Below, piece after piece: positions 36,254 to 46,371 of a stretch of DNA of 64,000 nucleotides; the first letter of the stretch is position 1; each line of letters opens with the position of its first letter. The notes beneath the pieces are model-generated. The model searched no databases. It was not told the origin of the DNA and worked only from the letters and a program-made list of their open reading frames with translations. The position numbers and the translations under genes were made by a program. Origin of the DNA: Planctomycetota bacterium (GTDB lineage: Bacteria > Planctomycetota > SZUA-567 > H5-PLA8); assembly GCA_045863855.1 (NCBI GenBank), contig BTVV01000010.1:28779-92778 (forward strand). The letters are read 5' to 3'.

Positions 36254-37618
36254 TCAGCGCCGGAAGCGGCGCCGGCCGGTGCGGCCTCGAGCGGTGCCTG
36301 CGGCGCCGCGCGCGCGCGCGCGCGGACGCCTGCCCGCCGGCGCACGCGGAGCTACGCCCGCGCCGCCACGCGTCGTCGCGCGCTGGGTTGCGGCCGGCGA
36401 AGCCAGCGTGACCTGGCGCATCGCTTCCATTAATTCGGCCGGAGTCTGGAAGCGGTTGTTCGGATCGCGCGCCATCATCTTCATGCAGATGGCCGCAAGT
36501 TCGGCAGGAACGTCGGTATTCACTTCCGACGGATCCGGCGGTTCGGTGAGCAGCCGGCGTCCCAGGATTTCTTTGGGTCCGCCGCCTTGGAACGGCGGCT
36601 CTCCCGTCAGCGCGTGGTAGACGCAGCAGCCCAAACTGTAGAGGTCGGAGCGCGTATCGGCCTCGGCGCCTTTGGCCTGCTCGGGCGACACGTAGTACGC
36701 GTTCTCGCCTTCGAGGAAGCGGCTGCCTTCGTCCTTGGTCAAACCCAAGTCATGCAGCTTGGCCTGATCCCCTTCGGTGATCATGATCGCGTTGGGACGA
36801 ATCTCTCGGTGGATAATGCCCATGCGGAAGCCGTGGTCCAGCGCCGCGGTGACTTGGGTAAAAACACTGACCACCCGCTTGGCGTCGAGCCGACCGCCTT
36901 CGAACTCATCCATCAGTTCGCCCAGCGTCAAGCCTTCGACGTACTCCATGGAGTAGTAGTACAGATCGCCGCTCTTGCCGACTTCATGTACTCGGATCAG
37001 GTTGGGGTGGTTCAGGCGGCCGGCGTTGCGCGCTTCGGTCAGGAAACGTTCCACGAAGCGCTGGTCCTTGGTCTTCGAGGCCGGCAAGACCTTTAGAGCG
37101 ACCCCGCGGTCCATGCTGATCTGGTGCGCGCGGTAGACGACGCCCATCGAGCCTTCGCCGATCACCTCGAGAATCTTGTAGCCCTTGATTTCGCCGCGCA
37201 ACACGGTCGCGCCAAGACCTTTAAGGAGCGTCTCGCGGTCGTCCTCTTCGCTGACCAGATTCGGAACTTCCTGCACGCCCGAAGCGGTGCGCGGATCGGG
37301 TTCCAAGGCCGCCGAGACCGGCGCGGGCGGCTGAGGAGCCGCGATGGGTTGCGGGTGCGCGACGGGGGCTGGCGCCGGCGCGGCCATGGCCGGCAACGGC
37401 TCGCCGCGAATCAAATGGCGCAACAAAATCTCGGCATGGGGCCGCGACATGTGCCCCTGCTGTACCAGTATTCGGGGGATGGAAGGGGTTTCGCCGCCTG
37501 AGGCTTGGTACTTGCGGTACTCTTCAAGCGAACCGCGGACTTGATCGCTTTGGCAATAGCCCAACTGCACCGCAAGTTGAGCAAAGCGGACGTCCCGGTC
37601 TGGAATAGGTGAACCCAT
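36254..37618 (-). CDS. Ser/Thr kinase-like protein with degenerate catalytic loop (probable pseudokinase)
   Basis: GEGSMG, VALK, HREIRPNA in place of HRDIKPxN, DLG, YVSPEQ, DLYSLG; N-terminal D.RFAQLAVQLG domain; Arg-rich tail. Confidence 0.85.
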   Translation of the reverse strand: MGSPIPDRDVRFAQLAVQLGYCQSDQVRGSLEEYRKYQASGGETPSIPRILVQQGHMSRPHAEILLRHLIRGEPLPAMAAPAPAPVAHPQPIAAPQPPAPVSAALEPDPRTASGVQEVPNLVSEEDDRETLLKGLGATVLRGEIKGYKILEVIGEGSMGVVYRAHQISMDRGVALKVLPASKTKDQRFVERFLTEARNAGRLNHPNLIRVHEVGKSGDLYYYSMEYVEGLTLGELMDEFEGGRLDAKRVVSVFTQVTAALDHGFRMGIIHREIRPNAIMITEGDQAKLHDLGLTKDEGSRFLEGENAYYVSPEQAKGAEADTRSDLYSLGCCVYHALTGEPPFQGGGPKEILGRRLLTEPPDPSEVNTDVPAELAAICMKMMARDPNNRFQTPAELMEAMRQVTLASPAATQRATTRGGAGVAPRAPAGRRPRARARGAAGTARGRTGRRRFRR

Positions 37619-37861
37619 GGGTCGGATCCCGATTCGCGGACTACTCAATGATGGTTGCACGAGGCGCAAACCACGATAGAAGAGAGCCTATCGGGTTTGC
37701 ACCAAGTTGACAACTTCAAACGATCCGGCTCCTGGCAGGCTTTTTTGATCAAAACAGAACAGCCTAAAGGTTTGTCGAGGGGTTGAGTTCGGGTGCGGCG
37801 GGGAAGCTGGCGAGATTGAGCGGCGGCGGATTCGAACCGGCACGGGGCCGAACTAAGCACC

Positions 37862-40800
37862 ATGAGCAACGAGTCTCCTGAGCCTGAGGGCGGCGCCAAG
37901 ATCTCGACGGGGAGCACCCGGCGGATTCCGCAGGCCGAGCCGTCGCCTCCTTCGGATGAACCGGATACGGTTCATGGTGTGCCCGATCCAGAGCGGTTGG
38001 GCGGCGAGCCGCGCTTGGCGCTCCTGAAATCCGATCGTCCCAGCCATGTCGATGGGCATAAGATCCTCAAAGAACTGGGCCGGGGCGGGATGGGTGTCGT
38101 GTATCTGGCGCGGGAGGCGCGCTGGGGCCGCGAGGTGGCCTTGAAGGTCGTTCCGGCGGGTCTCACCAGCACGCAGACGCGCAGGTTCCTCGAAGAAGCA
38201 TTCATTACCGGCCAATTGCAGCATCCGGCGATCGTGCCGATATACCGGATGGGCAAGACCACCGAAGGCCGCGATTACTACACGATGAAGCGCGTGCAGG
38301 GGCAGACGCTCGCGCAGATCCTCAAACAAGTCCGAGAAGGCGTGGCCCGAGTGCGTGAGCAATTTCCGCTGCGCCGCCGGGTGGCGATTCTGCTTTCCGC
38401 CGCCGAAGGCGTCGCGTACGCGCACGACCGCGGAGTGATCCACCGGGACCTCAAGCCCAGCAACCTGATGATCGGGGACTACGGTGAAGTTTACGTGCTG
38501 GATTGGGGATTGGCGCGCGTGGTCTTTGGCGGGCAGCATCCGGACGCTCCGCCGGATTTAAGCGGTCTGGAAGAGGACGCTTTGACTGCGCCGCCGGGAC
38601 CGGAAGACACACGGCGCCTGCGCGCGGCGGTGGGGAGCACCAACCGATTGCGGCTGGTCTCGGGGACGCCGGCGTACATGAGTCCCGAGCAGGCACGCGG
38701 CGAATCCAAGCAGATCGACCAGCGCAGCGACGTCTGGGCTTTGGGTGCGATCCTTTACCAGGTCCTGGCGCTGCATCCGCCGATCTCGGGCGATTCGGCC
38801 GCCGAGATGCTTCGCCGCGCCGCGCAGGGCGAATTGACGCCGCTGGACCAGTGGCCCGAAGGCCGTCAGGCGCCGCGGGAACTGGTGGATATCCTAGAGC
38901 GCTCGCTGAATCCGGATCGCGCGGCGCGCTACCCCGATGCTCGGGCGATGGTCGAAGATCTAATGGCCTTCCTGGACGGGCGGGGCCGCTGGCGTCTGGC
39001 CTACGAGTGGAATGTTGCGCAAGGCGAGCTTCCCGCCTCCGACTGGAAGGCGACGTTAGGCGAATGGCGCGTCGATGGCGACGGGCTGTTTCCGGCGCGC
39101 CGGTCGGGCAAGGGCGCGGTGCTGCTCTTTGCGCCGCATTTTTTAGGCGATGTGCGTATCGAGATTCAGGGTTTCGTCAATTTCGGAGACCCTGACGGCG
39201 GTGAACTCTCGGTGCTGCTCGGCGCTCCGGAGCCCGATTTGGGCGTCAACGAGACGGACGGCTACTGCCTGCAATTCGGCGGCGACCGGAACAGCGCGGC
39301 CAAGATCGCAAAGAACGATGTTGACGTGCAGGTGCGTCCGGAAGTGGCGCTGGAAGACGGGCGCGAATACACGGTAAGTTGCGAGCGCGTAGGCAACCGG
39401 TTGAGCCTTACGGTGGGCGGAGAGGAATTGGTGACGTTGGAAGATCTGTTCCCTTTGGGCGGAAGCCGGGTGGGTTTGTACGGCTGGGGCGCCGGTTCGC
39501 GCGTGCGTTCGATTCGCGTCTTCCGGCGGGCGATGGACGCCGTGGTTTCCTGTATGGCGGTGCCGGATCACGATTTCGTGCGCGGTCGGTACGCGGAGGC
39601 GCTGGCGGGATACCGGCGCATTGCCGAGGAGTTGAACGGCCGTGAAGAAGGCTGGATGGGGCAGTTCAAAGCCGGATTGAGCCGGATGGAAGCGAACGAT
39701 TCGCTGGGCGCTGAGTCCGAGTTCGCGAAGTTAGACGGGACCCCCGGCGAAGTGCTGGCGCAACTGGGGCGTTCGCTGCTTTCGGCACGCGAAGGGGATC
39801 AGCGCCGCGAGCTGCTGCGATTGGGCGCGGCTCGGCGCGTGGGTCAGGGCACGCGATTTCTGAGCTATGTCCAAGCGCGGATCTGGATGCGCAGCGAGGA
39901 ACTGTCGGCGCAAGGCCAACACGACGCAGCAATTGCGTTTTATCAGGAGGCGCTGAAGGTCGAAGCGCCGGGGAGCGGGCGTCACATGCGCGCGCAGTAT
40001 GCGCTCTGCGCCAGCCACCTCGACTTGGGCCACGACAAAGAAGCGCTGCAGGCGCTGGAACGGATCTCGCAGACGCCGGGCAGACATCCGGAAGAGACGC
40101 ATGTCCTGCACCGGATGGCCGTTTCGTACTTTGCCCAGTCGGCCAAGTGGGATCAGGCGCTGCTCGTTTGCGAACGGCTGCAGAAGCTGCCTGATCTCGT
40201 TGCGCTAGGTTGGGCGCTGCGCGCGCAGGTCGAACGGCAGCGCGGCGAATACGCGCGTGCGAAACGGGCCGCGGATCAAGGCTTGGCGCTGGGGACAGCG
40301 GAGCGTTTTCGCGCGCAGTTGTTGCTCGAAAAGGCGCGCATCGAGCGCGAATTGGGCCGCCTGGACCTGGCCCTCAACCTGCTCGCCGAAGCGTCGCACG
40401 TCCACACGCCGGCGCCTGTGGACTCGATTTACGTCGAACGGGCTTGGATTCTGGCGCTACGTGGCCGGGGCGATGAGGCCTTGGCCGTGCTGGCCGAACG
40501 GCTGCGCGATAATTCGCACCAGGCGCGGCTTACGTTGCTGCAAGAGATCGGTCAGCTTTCGCGGCTGCGCGGGCACGCCAACCGCGCGCACGACTGCTTC
40601 CACCAAGTGATTCTGAACTGTCCGCAGAAGTCCTCGGGTCTGCGCTTGAACGCTGGCCTGGAGTTGGGTTTGGTGCAGCTGGGATTGGGCGAAGAATCGA
40701 GGGCGCGGGAGAAGTGGCAAGAGGTGGCCAATTCGCCGTTCCGAGGCTTTCCGCGCACGGTAGCGCAGGCGATCCTCGATTGGCGTCCGGGCGATCCGGC

Positions 40801-41041
40801 CCCCGAGCCGCCCGAACCGGGGCGCGACTGTCCTTGGGCGGAGCGGAGTGCCTATTTCTACACGTTGGGCGAGTTCGCGAGCCTGGCGCAACGCCGCGAA
40901 GAGTCCGTCCGCGCCTACCACCGGGCACTGATCGAATCGCCTTCCGCGTATCGCCAGGAGGCGTGGATGTCCGCGCTGAAACTCAGCCAGATGGGCGAAG
41001 ATCTGCCGGGCACGCTGCCGGTCTTTGCGCCTTTGGAGTGA
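37862..41041 (+). CDS. Ser/Thr protein kinase with a concanavalin/LamG-like beta-sandwich and TPR repeats
   Basis: GRGGMG, HRDLKPSN, DWG, GTPAYMSPEQ; beta-rich middle domain; long TPR C-terminus. Confidence 0.92.
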   Translation: MSNESPEPEGGAKISTGSTRRIPQAEPSPPSDEPDTVHGVPDPERLGGEPRLALLKSDRPSHVDGHKILKELGRGGMGVVYLAREARWGREVALKVVPAGLTSTQTRRFLEEAFITGQLQHPAIVPIYRMGKTTEGRDYYTMKRVQGQTLAQILKQVREGVARVREQFPLRRRVAILLSAAEGVAYAHDRGVIHRDLKPSNLMIGDYGEVYVLDWGLARVVFGGQHPDAPPDLSGLEEDALTAPPGPEDTRRLRAAVGSTNRLRLVSGTPAYMSPEQARGESKQIDQRSDVWALGAILYQVLALHPPISGDSAAEMLRRAAQGELTPLDQWPEGRQAPRELVDILERSLNPDRAARYPDARAMVEDLMAFLDGRGRWRLAYEWNVAQGELPASDWKATLGEWRVDGDGLFPARRSGKGAVLLFAPHFLGDVRIEIQGFVNFGDPDGGELSVLLGAPEPDLGVNETDGYCLQFGGDRNSAAKIAKNDVDVQVRPEVALEDGREYTVSCERVGNRLSLTVGGEELVTLEDLFPLGGSRVGLYGWGAGSRVRSIRVFRRAMDAVVSCMAVPDHDFVRGRYAEALAGYRRIAEELNGREEGWMGQFKAGLSRMEANDSLGAESEFAKLDGTPGEVLAQLGRSLLSAREGDQRRELLRLGAARRVGQGTRFLSYVQARIWMRSEELSAQGQHDAAIAFYQEALKVEAPGSGRHMRAQYALCASHLDLGHDKEALQALERISQTPGRHPEETHVLHRMAVSYFAQSAKWDQALLVCERLQKLPDLVALGWALRAQVERQRGEYARAKRAADQGLALGTAERFRAQLLLEKARIERELGRLDLALNLLAEASHVHTPAPVDSIYVERAWILALRGRGDEALAVLAERLRDNSHQARLTLLQEIGQLSRLRGHANRAHDCFHQVILNCPQKSSGLRLNAGLELGLVQLGLGEESRAREKWQEVANSPFRGFPRTVAQAILDWRPGDPAPEPPEPGRDCPWAERSAYFYTLGEFASLAQRREESVRAYHRALIESPSAYRQEAWMSALKLSQMGEDLPGTLPVFAPLE

Positions 41042-41111
41042 AGCGGATCATCGCGGTTTCGCGGGGTCTGCTTCCCATCACCTGAAAGATCCTGCTCAAG
41101 GAGGCCATGGC

Positions 41112-41465
41112 GTGGCCAAGCTGACGATTTACCACAACCCACGCTGCACCAAGTCCCGGGAAGCCCTGGAACGGCTGGCGGACCGAAAGGTCCCTCATGA
41201 GGTGGTGCTCTACCTGGATGCGCCGCTGAGTAAGACGCAGCTTCAAGATCTGGTGAAGCAAGTGGGCGGCGATCCCAACCAACTGTTGCGGCGCAAGGAT
41301 CCGAAGTTCAAGGAAGCGGGGTTTGATCCACAAAAGAATTATTCCGCTTCGGAGGTGGTGGCGCTGTTGGCTGAACACGGCCATTTGATGGAGCGCCCGG
41401 TGGCGGTCAAGGGTTCGCGGGCGGTCGTTGCGCGCCCCGCGGAGCGCTTGGATGACTTGCTCTAG
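41112..41465 (+). CDS. arsC: ArsC/Spx family arsenate reductase (glutaredoxin type)
   Basis: YHNPRCTKSR, LMERP, ARP. GTG start after GGAGG. Confidence 0.8.
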   Translation: MAKLTIYHNPRCTKSREALERLADRKVPHEVVLYLDAPLSKTQLQDLVKQVGGDPNQLLRRKDPKFKEAGFDPQKNYSASEVVALLAEHGHLMERPVAVKGSRAVVARPAERLDDLL

Positions 41466-41494
41466 CTCACATGTGCATTGCTAATTAAATACTC

Positions 41495-41551
41495 GGTTCG
41501 CTTCGTAATTTGAGTCAACTATCGAGCGAACCTTCATAATATTAGCTAATA
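41495..41551. promoter_or_regulatory. AT-rich palindromic region upstream of the CAZyme-like genes
   Basis: Imperfect inverted repeat GGTTCGCT...TTGAGTCAA...AGCGAACC (41495-41532) and perfect palindrome TATTAGCTAATA (41540-41551). Confidence 0.4.
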
Positions 41552-41609
41552 GTTCCGTGCAAGCTGCGGTGTATGTGGTCGTTGAAGGGTACGACCAGGA
41601 GGTCCACCC

Positions 41610-43367
41610 ATGCTTCGCGCGGCGCGCTTTACCCTCTGCGTTCTTGGAATCGTGGCGCTGTTTAGCGCGGAGGCGCACGCGGCGGTCTACGTGTGCGATC
41701 CGGCAGGCGGACAAGCTTCGAATCCCGGCACGGCCGATGCGCCGTGGGGTGCGCTTTCGGAGGTCGCGTCTTCCGGAAAGCTGGGGAAGTTGCAGGGGGG
41801 CGATACCGTACTGCTGCGCAGCGGGCGGCACGGTTCGGTGAGTTTCGGCGGCGAGAACGCGGACTTCATCACCATTGCGGCGGCGCCGGGGCAACGCCCC
41901 GAATTGGCCCGTCTAGAAATCACGCAGGGGCGCAAGTGGATCGTCAAAGGCTTGGCGATCAGCCCGTCCTTCGGAGAAGGATACAAGGGAACCATCGCGA
42001 CACTGGGCGAACGCGGCGAGAGCAGCGAACTGATCCTGGAAGACTGCTTCATTTTCTCGGCGCTCGATTCGTCGGATTGGGATGTGGAGAAGTGGAAAGG
42101 AGCCAACAGCGGCGTGAACCTGGGCCGCCACGGGAAGGGTCTCCTCGCAAAGAACAACTACATCTTCAATACACGCTTCGCGCTGAATTTGTGCGGCTAC
42201 GACTGCGCCGCCGAAGCCAATGTGATCTGTAATTTCTCGGCCGACGGGATCCGCATGACCCGAGACGGGCAGCGGGCCGAGTATAACGTGATCAAGAACG
42301 CCTTCGTCAGCATGGGCGACGGCGATGCGAACCACGACGACGGAATCCAGTGTTTCCTGTTTAACAAGGGCACTGGAACGATGCGCAAGCTGACGGTACG
42401 CGGGAATATCGTCATCAACCGCGAAGACGAGAACCAGAAGTACAAGAATACGATGCAGGCGATCGGGTTCTTCGACGGGCCGCTGATCGACTTCCTGGTC
42501 GAAAAGAATGTGGTTGAGGTGATCCACTGGCACGGGGTGTCGCTGTACGACGCGCAGAACTGCACGATTCAGGACAACGCCTGCTTCACCAAGTGGCCCG
42601 ACGAACACAAAGCTCGTCCGTGGGTGATGCTGGGCAGCAAACTGGGGCAATCGCGCGGCAATACGGTCAAGAACAATCTGGCGCACACATTCAACTTTAA
42701 AGCCGATCCGGAAGTGAAGGCCGAAGGCAACGAAAAGATCACGGAGGAAAAATTCAAGGCGCGCCTGAGCGAACTGGAAGCCGAGATCAACGCCAAGTAC
42801 GGCAAGTATCATCCGGTGGCCAAGTACGCGCGGTTGGGCATGGAGAAGGGTGAGGCCGAAGCTCCGGCGGCCGGTCAGGCGTCCAAGGCCGCCGAGAAAG
42901 CTCCGGCCGCCGATCCGGTGATCGCCGTGGCGGCGCCCGTGCCCGTGCCGGAAGCGATCGCTTTGAGCGATACGCAGTTGGCGCCGTGGCAAGCGCGGCT
43001 GACGGCGTGCGCGAAGGAAGCCGTCAGCGCGGGCCAGCAACCGGTGGTCTTCGTGAAACTTTTTGGCGCACAGGCCGAAAAGCTTAAACTGGCCGGTGCG
43101 GACGAGCGGGAAATCACGCTGATGGTCCAGGGCAACCGCATGCCTTGGGCCTGGACGAAGCTGGACCGCGACGACCGCTACAACGTGGCGCGTGGCGTAC
43201 TGGACGAGGCGCGCGCACCCACACTGGCCATCGCCGCCGTCTGGGCGGCCGCTGCGACGAAGCGCGAGCAGGCCGAAGAATGGCTGGCCAAAGCCCGCCA
43301 AGTGGCCAAGAGCGATGAGCTGGCTTTGGTGGACGAAGCGCAGGCGATGCTGGCTCCGCCGAGGTAA
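41610..43367 (+). CDS. Secreted right-handed parallel beta-helix protein (pectin-lyase-like fold) with extra C-terminal domain
   Basis: Signal peptide, YVCDP..G...NPGTADAPW, GGDTVLLRSG, Asn-ladder repeats, NHDDGIQ; Ala/Pro linker then a ~125-aa domain. Confidence 0.85.
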   Translation: MLRAARFTLCVLGIVALFSAEAHAAVYVCDPAGGQASNPGTADAPWGALSEVASSGKLGKLQGGDTVLLRSGRHGSVSFGGENADFITIAAAPGQRPELARLEITQGRKWIVKGLAISPSFGEGYKGTIATLGERGESSELILEDCFIFSALDSSDWDVEKWKGANSGVNLGRHGKGLLAKNNYIFNTRFALNLCGYDCAAEANVICNFSADGIRMTRDGQRAEYNVIKNAFVSMGDGDANHDDGIQCFLFNKGTGTMRKLTVRGNIVINREDENQKYKNTMQAIGFFDGPLIDFLVEKNVVEVIHWHGVSLYDAQNCTIQDNACFTKWPDEHKARPWVMLGSKLGQSRGNTVKNNLAHTFNFKADPEVKAEGNEKITEEKFKARLSELEAEINAKYGKYHPVAKYARLGMEKGEAEAPAAGQASKAAEKAPAADPVIAVAAPVPVPEAIALSDTQLAPWQARLTACAKEAVSAGQQPVVFVKLFGAQAEKLKLAGADEREITLMVQGNRMPWAWTKLDRDDRYNVARGVLDEARAPTLAIAAVWAAAATKREQAEEWLAKARQVAKSDELALVDEAQAMLAPPR

Positions 43368-43645
43368 GCACATCCCCGTTCGACTCGCAGGCAGGCTCAA
43401 GCACGGCAACGTTTCGTTGCCTTTAGTTCTTCACTCCAAACGTTCCCATCTTACCGGCTGGCGCCCATGCGCTGTAGTTTGGCGAGTATGTGACGCCGCC
43501 GGCGCGGCTTGCCTTATATGTTTATGTTTCCGCTTCAGGGACTGGGTCGAAAGCTTGGTTAATTCGGGATAATTAATCACGGATGGGCAATCGCGGAGTA
43601 TGCTGTTCCATAGGCGGCATTGCAGCATCAGCGGGAGATAAATTC

Positions 43646-46267
43646 ATGGTTAACTACAGGCGAGCTGGGGTCGGTCTGGCGCTGATCCTCAGCGTGGCCG
43701 GTGCCGCGCTGGAAGCCGGGGAAATCCTGTCGGCGGCGACCCCCATTCAGGAGTGGGAGCGCAAGGACGGCCTTCCTGAAGCGGCGCAGGGCAAGTTTCC
43801 GATCCACTTGGCTAAGTACGAAGGCGTGGACCAGTTGATCCTGCTTTCGGCGAAATGGCTGATCGTAGTGACCAACAACTTCGATGAAGTGCAGAATCGG
43901 ATCGATGCGTTGTCGGGCTGGAAGTATCAGGAAGCCGTGGACCTTTTCGAGAAGTCGCGGTCTTCGAGCCGTCCGAATTGGGACGCCTTTCACACGCGCG
44001 TGAAGCTGCGCGATACGTATGTGGCTCAGGCGCGGGAGGAAGCCGGCGAGCGTAAGCTGGACGAGGCCGCTTATTACGCGATCTCCGGAAACGATTCACG
44101 CTACGCCAAAGCGCTGCCGCCTCTGCGCGTGACGCGCGTCATCGTCGGTCTGGGCGAAAAGGTGGGCCCCGCTCAAGGCAAGCTGCGCGGGCTCGACGGG
44201 GTCTATTACGCGCACTACAGCTACCTGGAGCTTCCCGAGGCGCTGGAGCACGGTAAAACCTACACGGTGGCGCTGAAGGACGGGCGCCAATCGACGTTCG
44301 TGTACGACGAACTGCGCACGGTATCGCGGGCGATAAAGGTTAATCAGGCCGGGTATCTGCCATCGGCCAAAAACAAGTACGCATACTTGGGAGGGTTCCT
44401 GTTCGAGCACGGGACGCTCGATGTTTCGACGACGCGCGCTTTTAAGGTGGTGGACGTGAACAGCGGGCAGGTGGTTTTGACGGGCGAAGCCAAACCTCGC
44501 GCCCAGAATCCGCGCTTCGGTCCCATCAAGGGCAAGGAAGAGGATGCGGCGAAACGGCCGCTCATCATTGGCGAGGACCTATACGAACTCGATCTGAACG
44601 GACTGCAGGCGGAAGGCACTTTCTTCATTACCATGCCTGGCGTAGGCCGTTCGTGGCCGTTCCGCCACGCTGCGGATGTGTACGGCGAACCGTTCTATCT
44701 CGCGGCGCGCGGGCTCTACCATCAACGCTGCGGGATCGCACTGGAAGCGCCGTATACGGCCTGGAAGCGGATTCAATGCCACACCGACCCGATCTGCGAA
44801 TGCGGGAACATACCCTTCGGGCCGGGAGCGAATTTCCAGCAGCCCCGGAAGTTCGACCGCTTCGACGTGATCGGCGGGACGCTGGATGCTTCGAAGACCA
44901 CACCCAATCCGTGCGGCGGCTGGCACGACGCGGCGGACTGGGACCGCAACATCCCGCACTACGTCTGCGTGCTCGATCTGCTGCATGCGTTCGAACTGGC
45001 GCCGAAGCTCTTTTCGGACGGGCAGCTTAATCTGCCCGAGTCCGGAAACGGGATTCCGGACGTGCTCGACGAAGCGGAGTTCGGCTTGGAGGTTTGGCGG
45101 CGAAGCATGGACGAGCGCGGCGGCGTTTCCGGGATGGTCGAGACGTGGACGCACCCGAAGATCGACGATCCCAAGGTTAAGTACGCGTACTCGGTGCGCA
45201 CGCGCTGGTCTTCGCTGATCTTCGCGGCCTCGGCAGCCCAGTACGCGCAACTGGTCGAACCGTTCAACAAGGAGAAGTCGGCGTTGTACGCGGCGGCCGC
45301 GAAAAAGGCGTTCGCGTTCGGCTCCGATCCGGCGCACTCGCTGGGCAAGTTCGAGATCCAGGCCAAGGCGAAGCGTGGGCAGGGCGAGCCCTACACGATC
45401 CCGTGGGAAGAGAAGGACGCCATGATCAAGCCGTTTTTGGCGCACGCGGCGGTGCGCATGCATCTGCTGACCCAGGACGACTCGTGGTTGAAGCACATCC
45501 CGGACCTCAGCGATGCCGTGCCGCCCTACGAGCATCCGAATAGCTTCAAGGATTACTCACCTTGGATGTACTTCGACCTTGCGCGCGGCGCGTCCGACAA
45601 GTTTCCGGCGTCGGAGGTGTCGCGCTGGCGGAAATTTCTGATCGCCAAAGCCGACGAGAAGCTGGCGCTGGCCGACGGCTTCCCCTACCGCTGCACGTGG
45701 CCGATCCACCAGGATTTTTGGATGGGCTGGGGCGCTTCGACGATGACCAATTACTCCCGCGCACTGCTGATGGCCTGGCATCTGACGCGCGACGAAAAGT
45801 ACCGCCAGGCGGCCATCGTCAACGCGGATTACATGTTTGGGGCGAATCCGACGGGAATGAGTTGGACAACGGGCATCGGTTACCAATATCCGATCGATAT
45901 CCAACACGAGAACAGCGAGGACGACGAGATCACGGATCCCGTTCCCGGACTCACGATCTACGGTTTGACGGGCGGGATGTACCCGGTGTTGCGCATGACG
46001 GCGTGGTCGGCCGTGAAAGCGCCCGGCAGCAAAGAGGTGGTGGATTTTATGAAACCGGCGAACCGGGCGGTTCCGGTCTTTCGGCAGTGGTCCTGCCATC
46101 CTCGGCTGAACGTGCCTCAGAACGAGTTTACGATTCACGAAACGATGTCTTCGACGATCTTTACCTGCGCGATGTTGCTGCCCGAGGGCTGGACACCCAG
46201 CGAGGACCTGAAGAAGCGCGGTCCGCGGCCGGAGGAGTGCTTGTTTGGGTACTATTATCTGCCGTGA
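43646..46267 (+). CDS. Secreted glycoside hydrolase family 9 protein with N-terminal Ig-like domain
   Basis: Signal peptide, IKVNQAGYLP, GLYHQRCG, GGWHDAADWD, GNGIPDVLDE, FGANP.G.SWTTGIG, NEFTI. Confidence 0.88.
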   Translation: MVNYRRAGVGLALILSVAGAALEAGEILSAATPIQEWERKDGLPEAAQGKFPIHLAKYEGVDQLILLSAKWLIVVTNNFDEVQNRIDALSGWKYQEAVDLFEKSRSSSRPNWDAFHTRVKLRDTYVAQAREEAGERKLDEAAYYAISGNDSRYAKALPPLRVTRVIVGLGEKVGPAQGKLRGLDGVYYAHYSYLELPEALEHGKTYTVALKDGRQSTFVYDELRTVSRAIKVNQAGYLPSAKNKYAYLGGFLFEHGTLDVSTTRAFKVVDVNSGQVVLTGEAKPRAQNPRFGPIKGKEEDAAKRPLIIGEDLYELDLNGLQAEGTFFITMPGVGRSWPFRHAADVYGEPFYLAARGLYHQRCGIALEAPYTAWKRIQCHTDPICECGNIPFGPGANFQQPRKFDRFDVIGGTLDASKTTPNPCGGWHDAADWDRNIPHYVCVLDLLHAFELAPKLFSDGQLNLPESGNGIPDVLDEAEFGLEVWRRSMDERGGVSGMVETWTHPKIDDPKVKYAYSVRTRWSSLIFAASAAQYAQLVEPFNKEKSALYAAAAKKAFAFGSDPAHSLGKFEIQAKAKRGQGEPYTIPWEEKDAMIKPFLAHAAVRMHLLTQDDSWLKHIPDLSDAVPPYEHPNSFKDYSPWMYFDLARGASDKFPASEVSRWRKFLIAKADEKLALADGFPYRCTWPIHQDFWMGWGASTMTNYSRALLMAWHLTRDEKYRQAAIVNADYMFGANPTGMSWTTGIGYQYPIDIQHENSEDDEITDPVPGLTIYGLTGGMYPVLRMTAWSAVKAPGSKEVVDFMKPANRAVPVFRQWSCHPRLNVPQNEFTIHETMSSTIFTCAMLLPEGWTPSEDLKKRGPRPEECLFGYYYLP

Positions 46268-46371
46268 GGTTTGAAAGAGCCGACCTAGCCCCGCAGTTGA
46301 ATTGAAGCGGGAAGGCCCCCTGTGTGTCCGATACCTGTATGGTGGCGGAAGCGCAGGGGAGGGTCAGCGGC

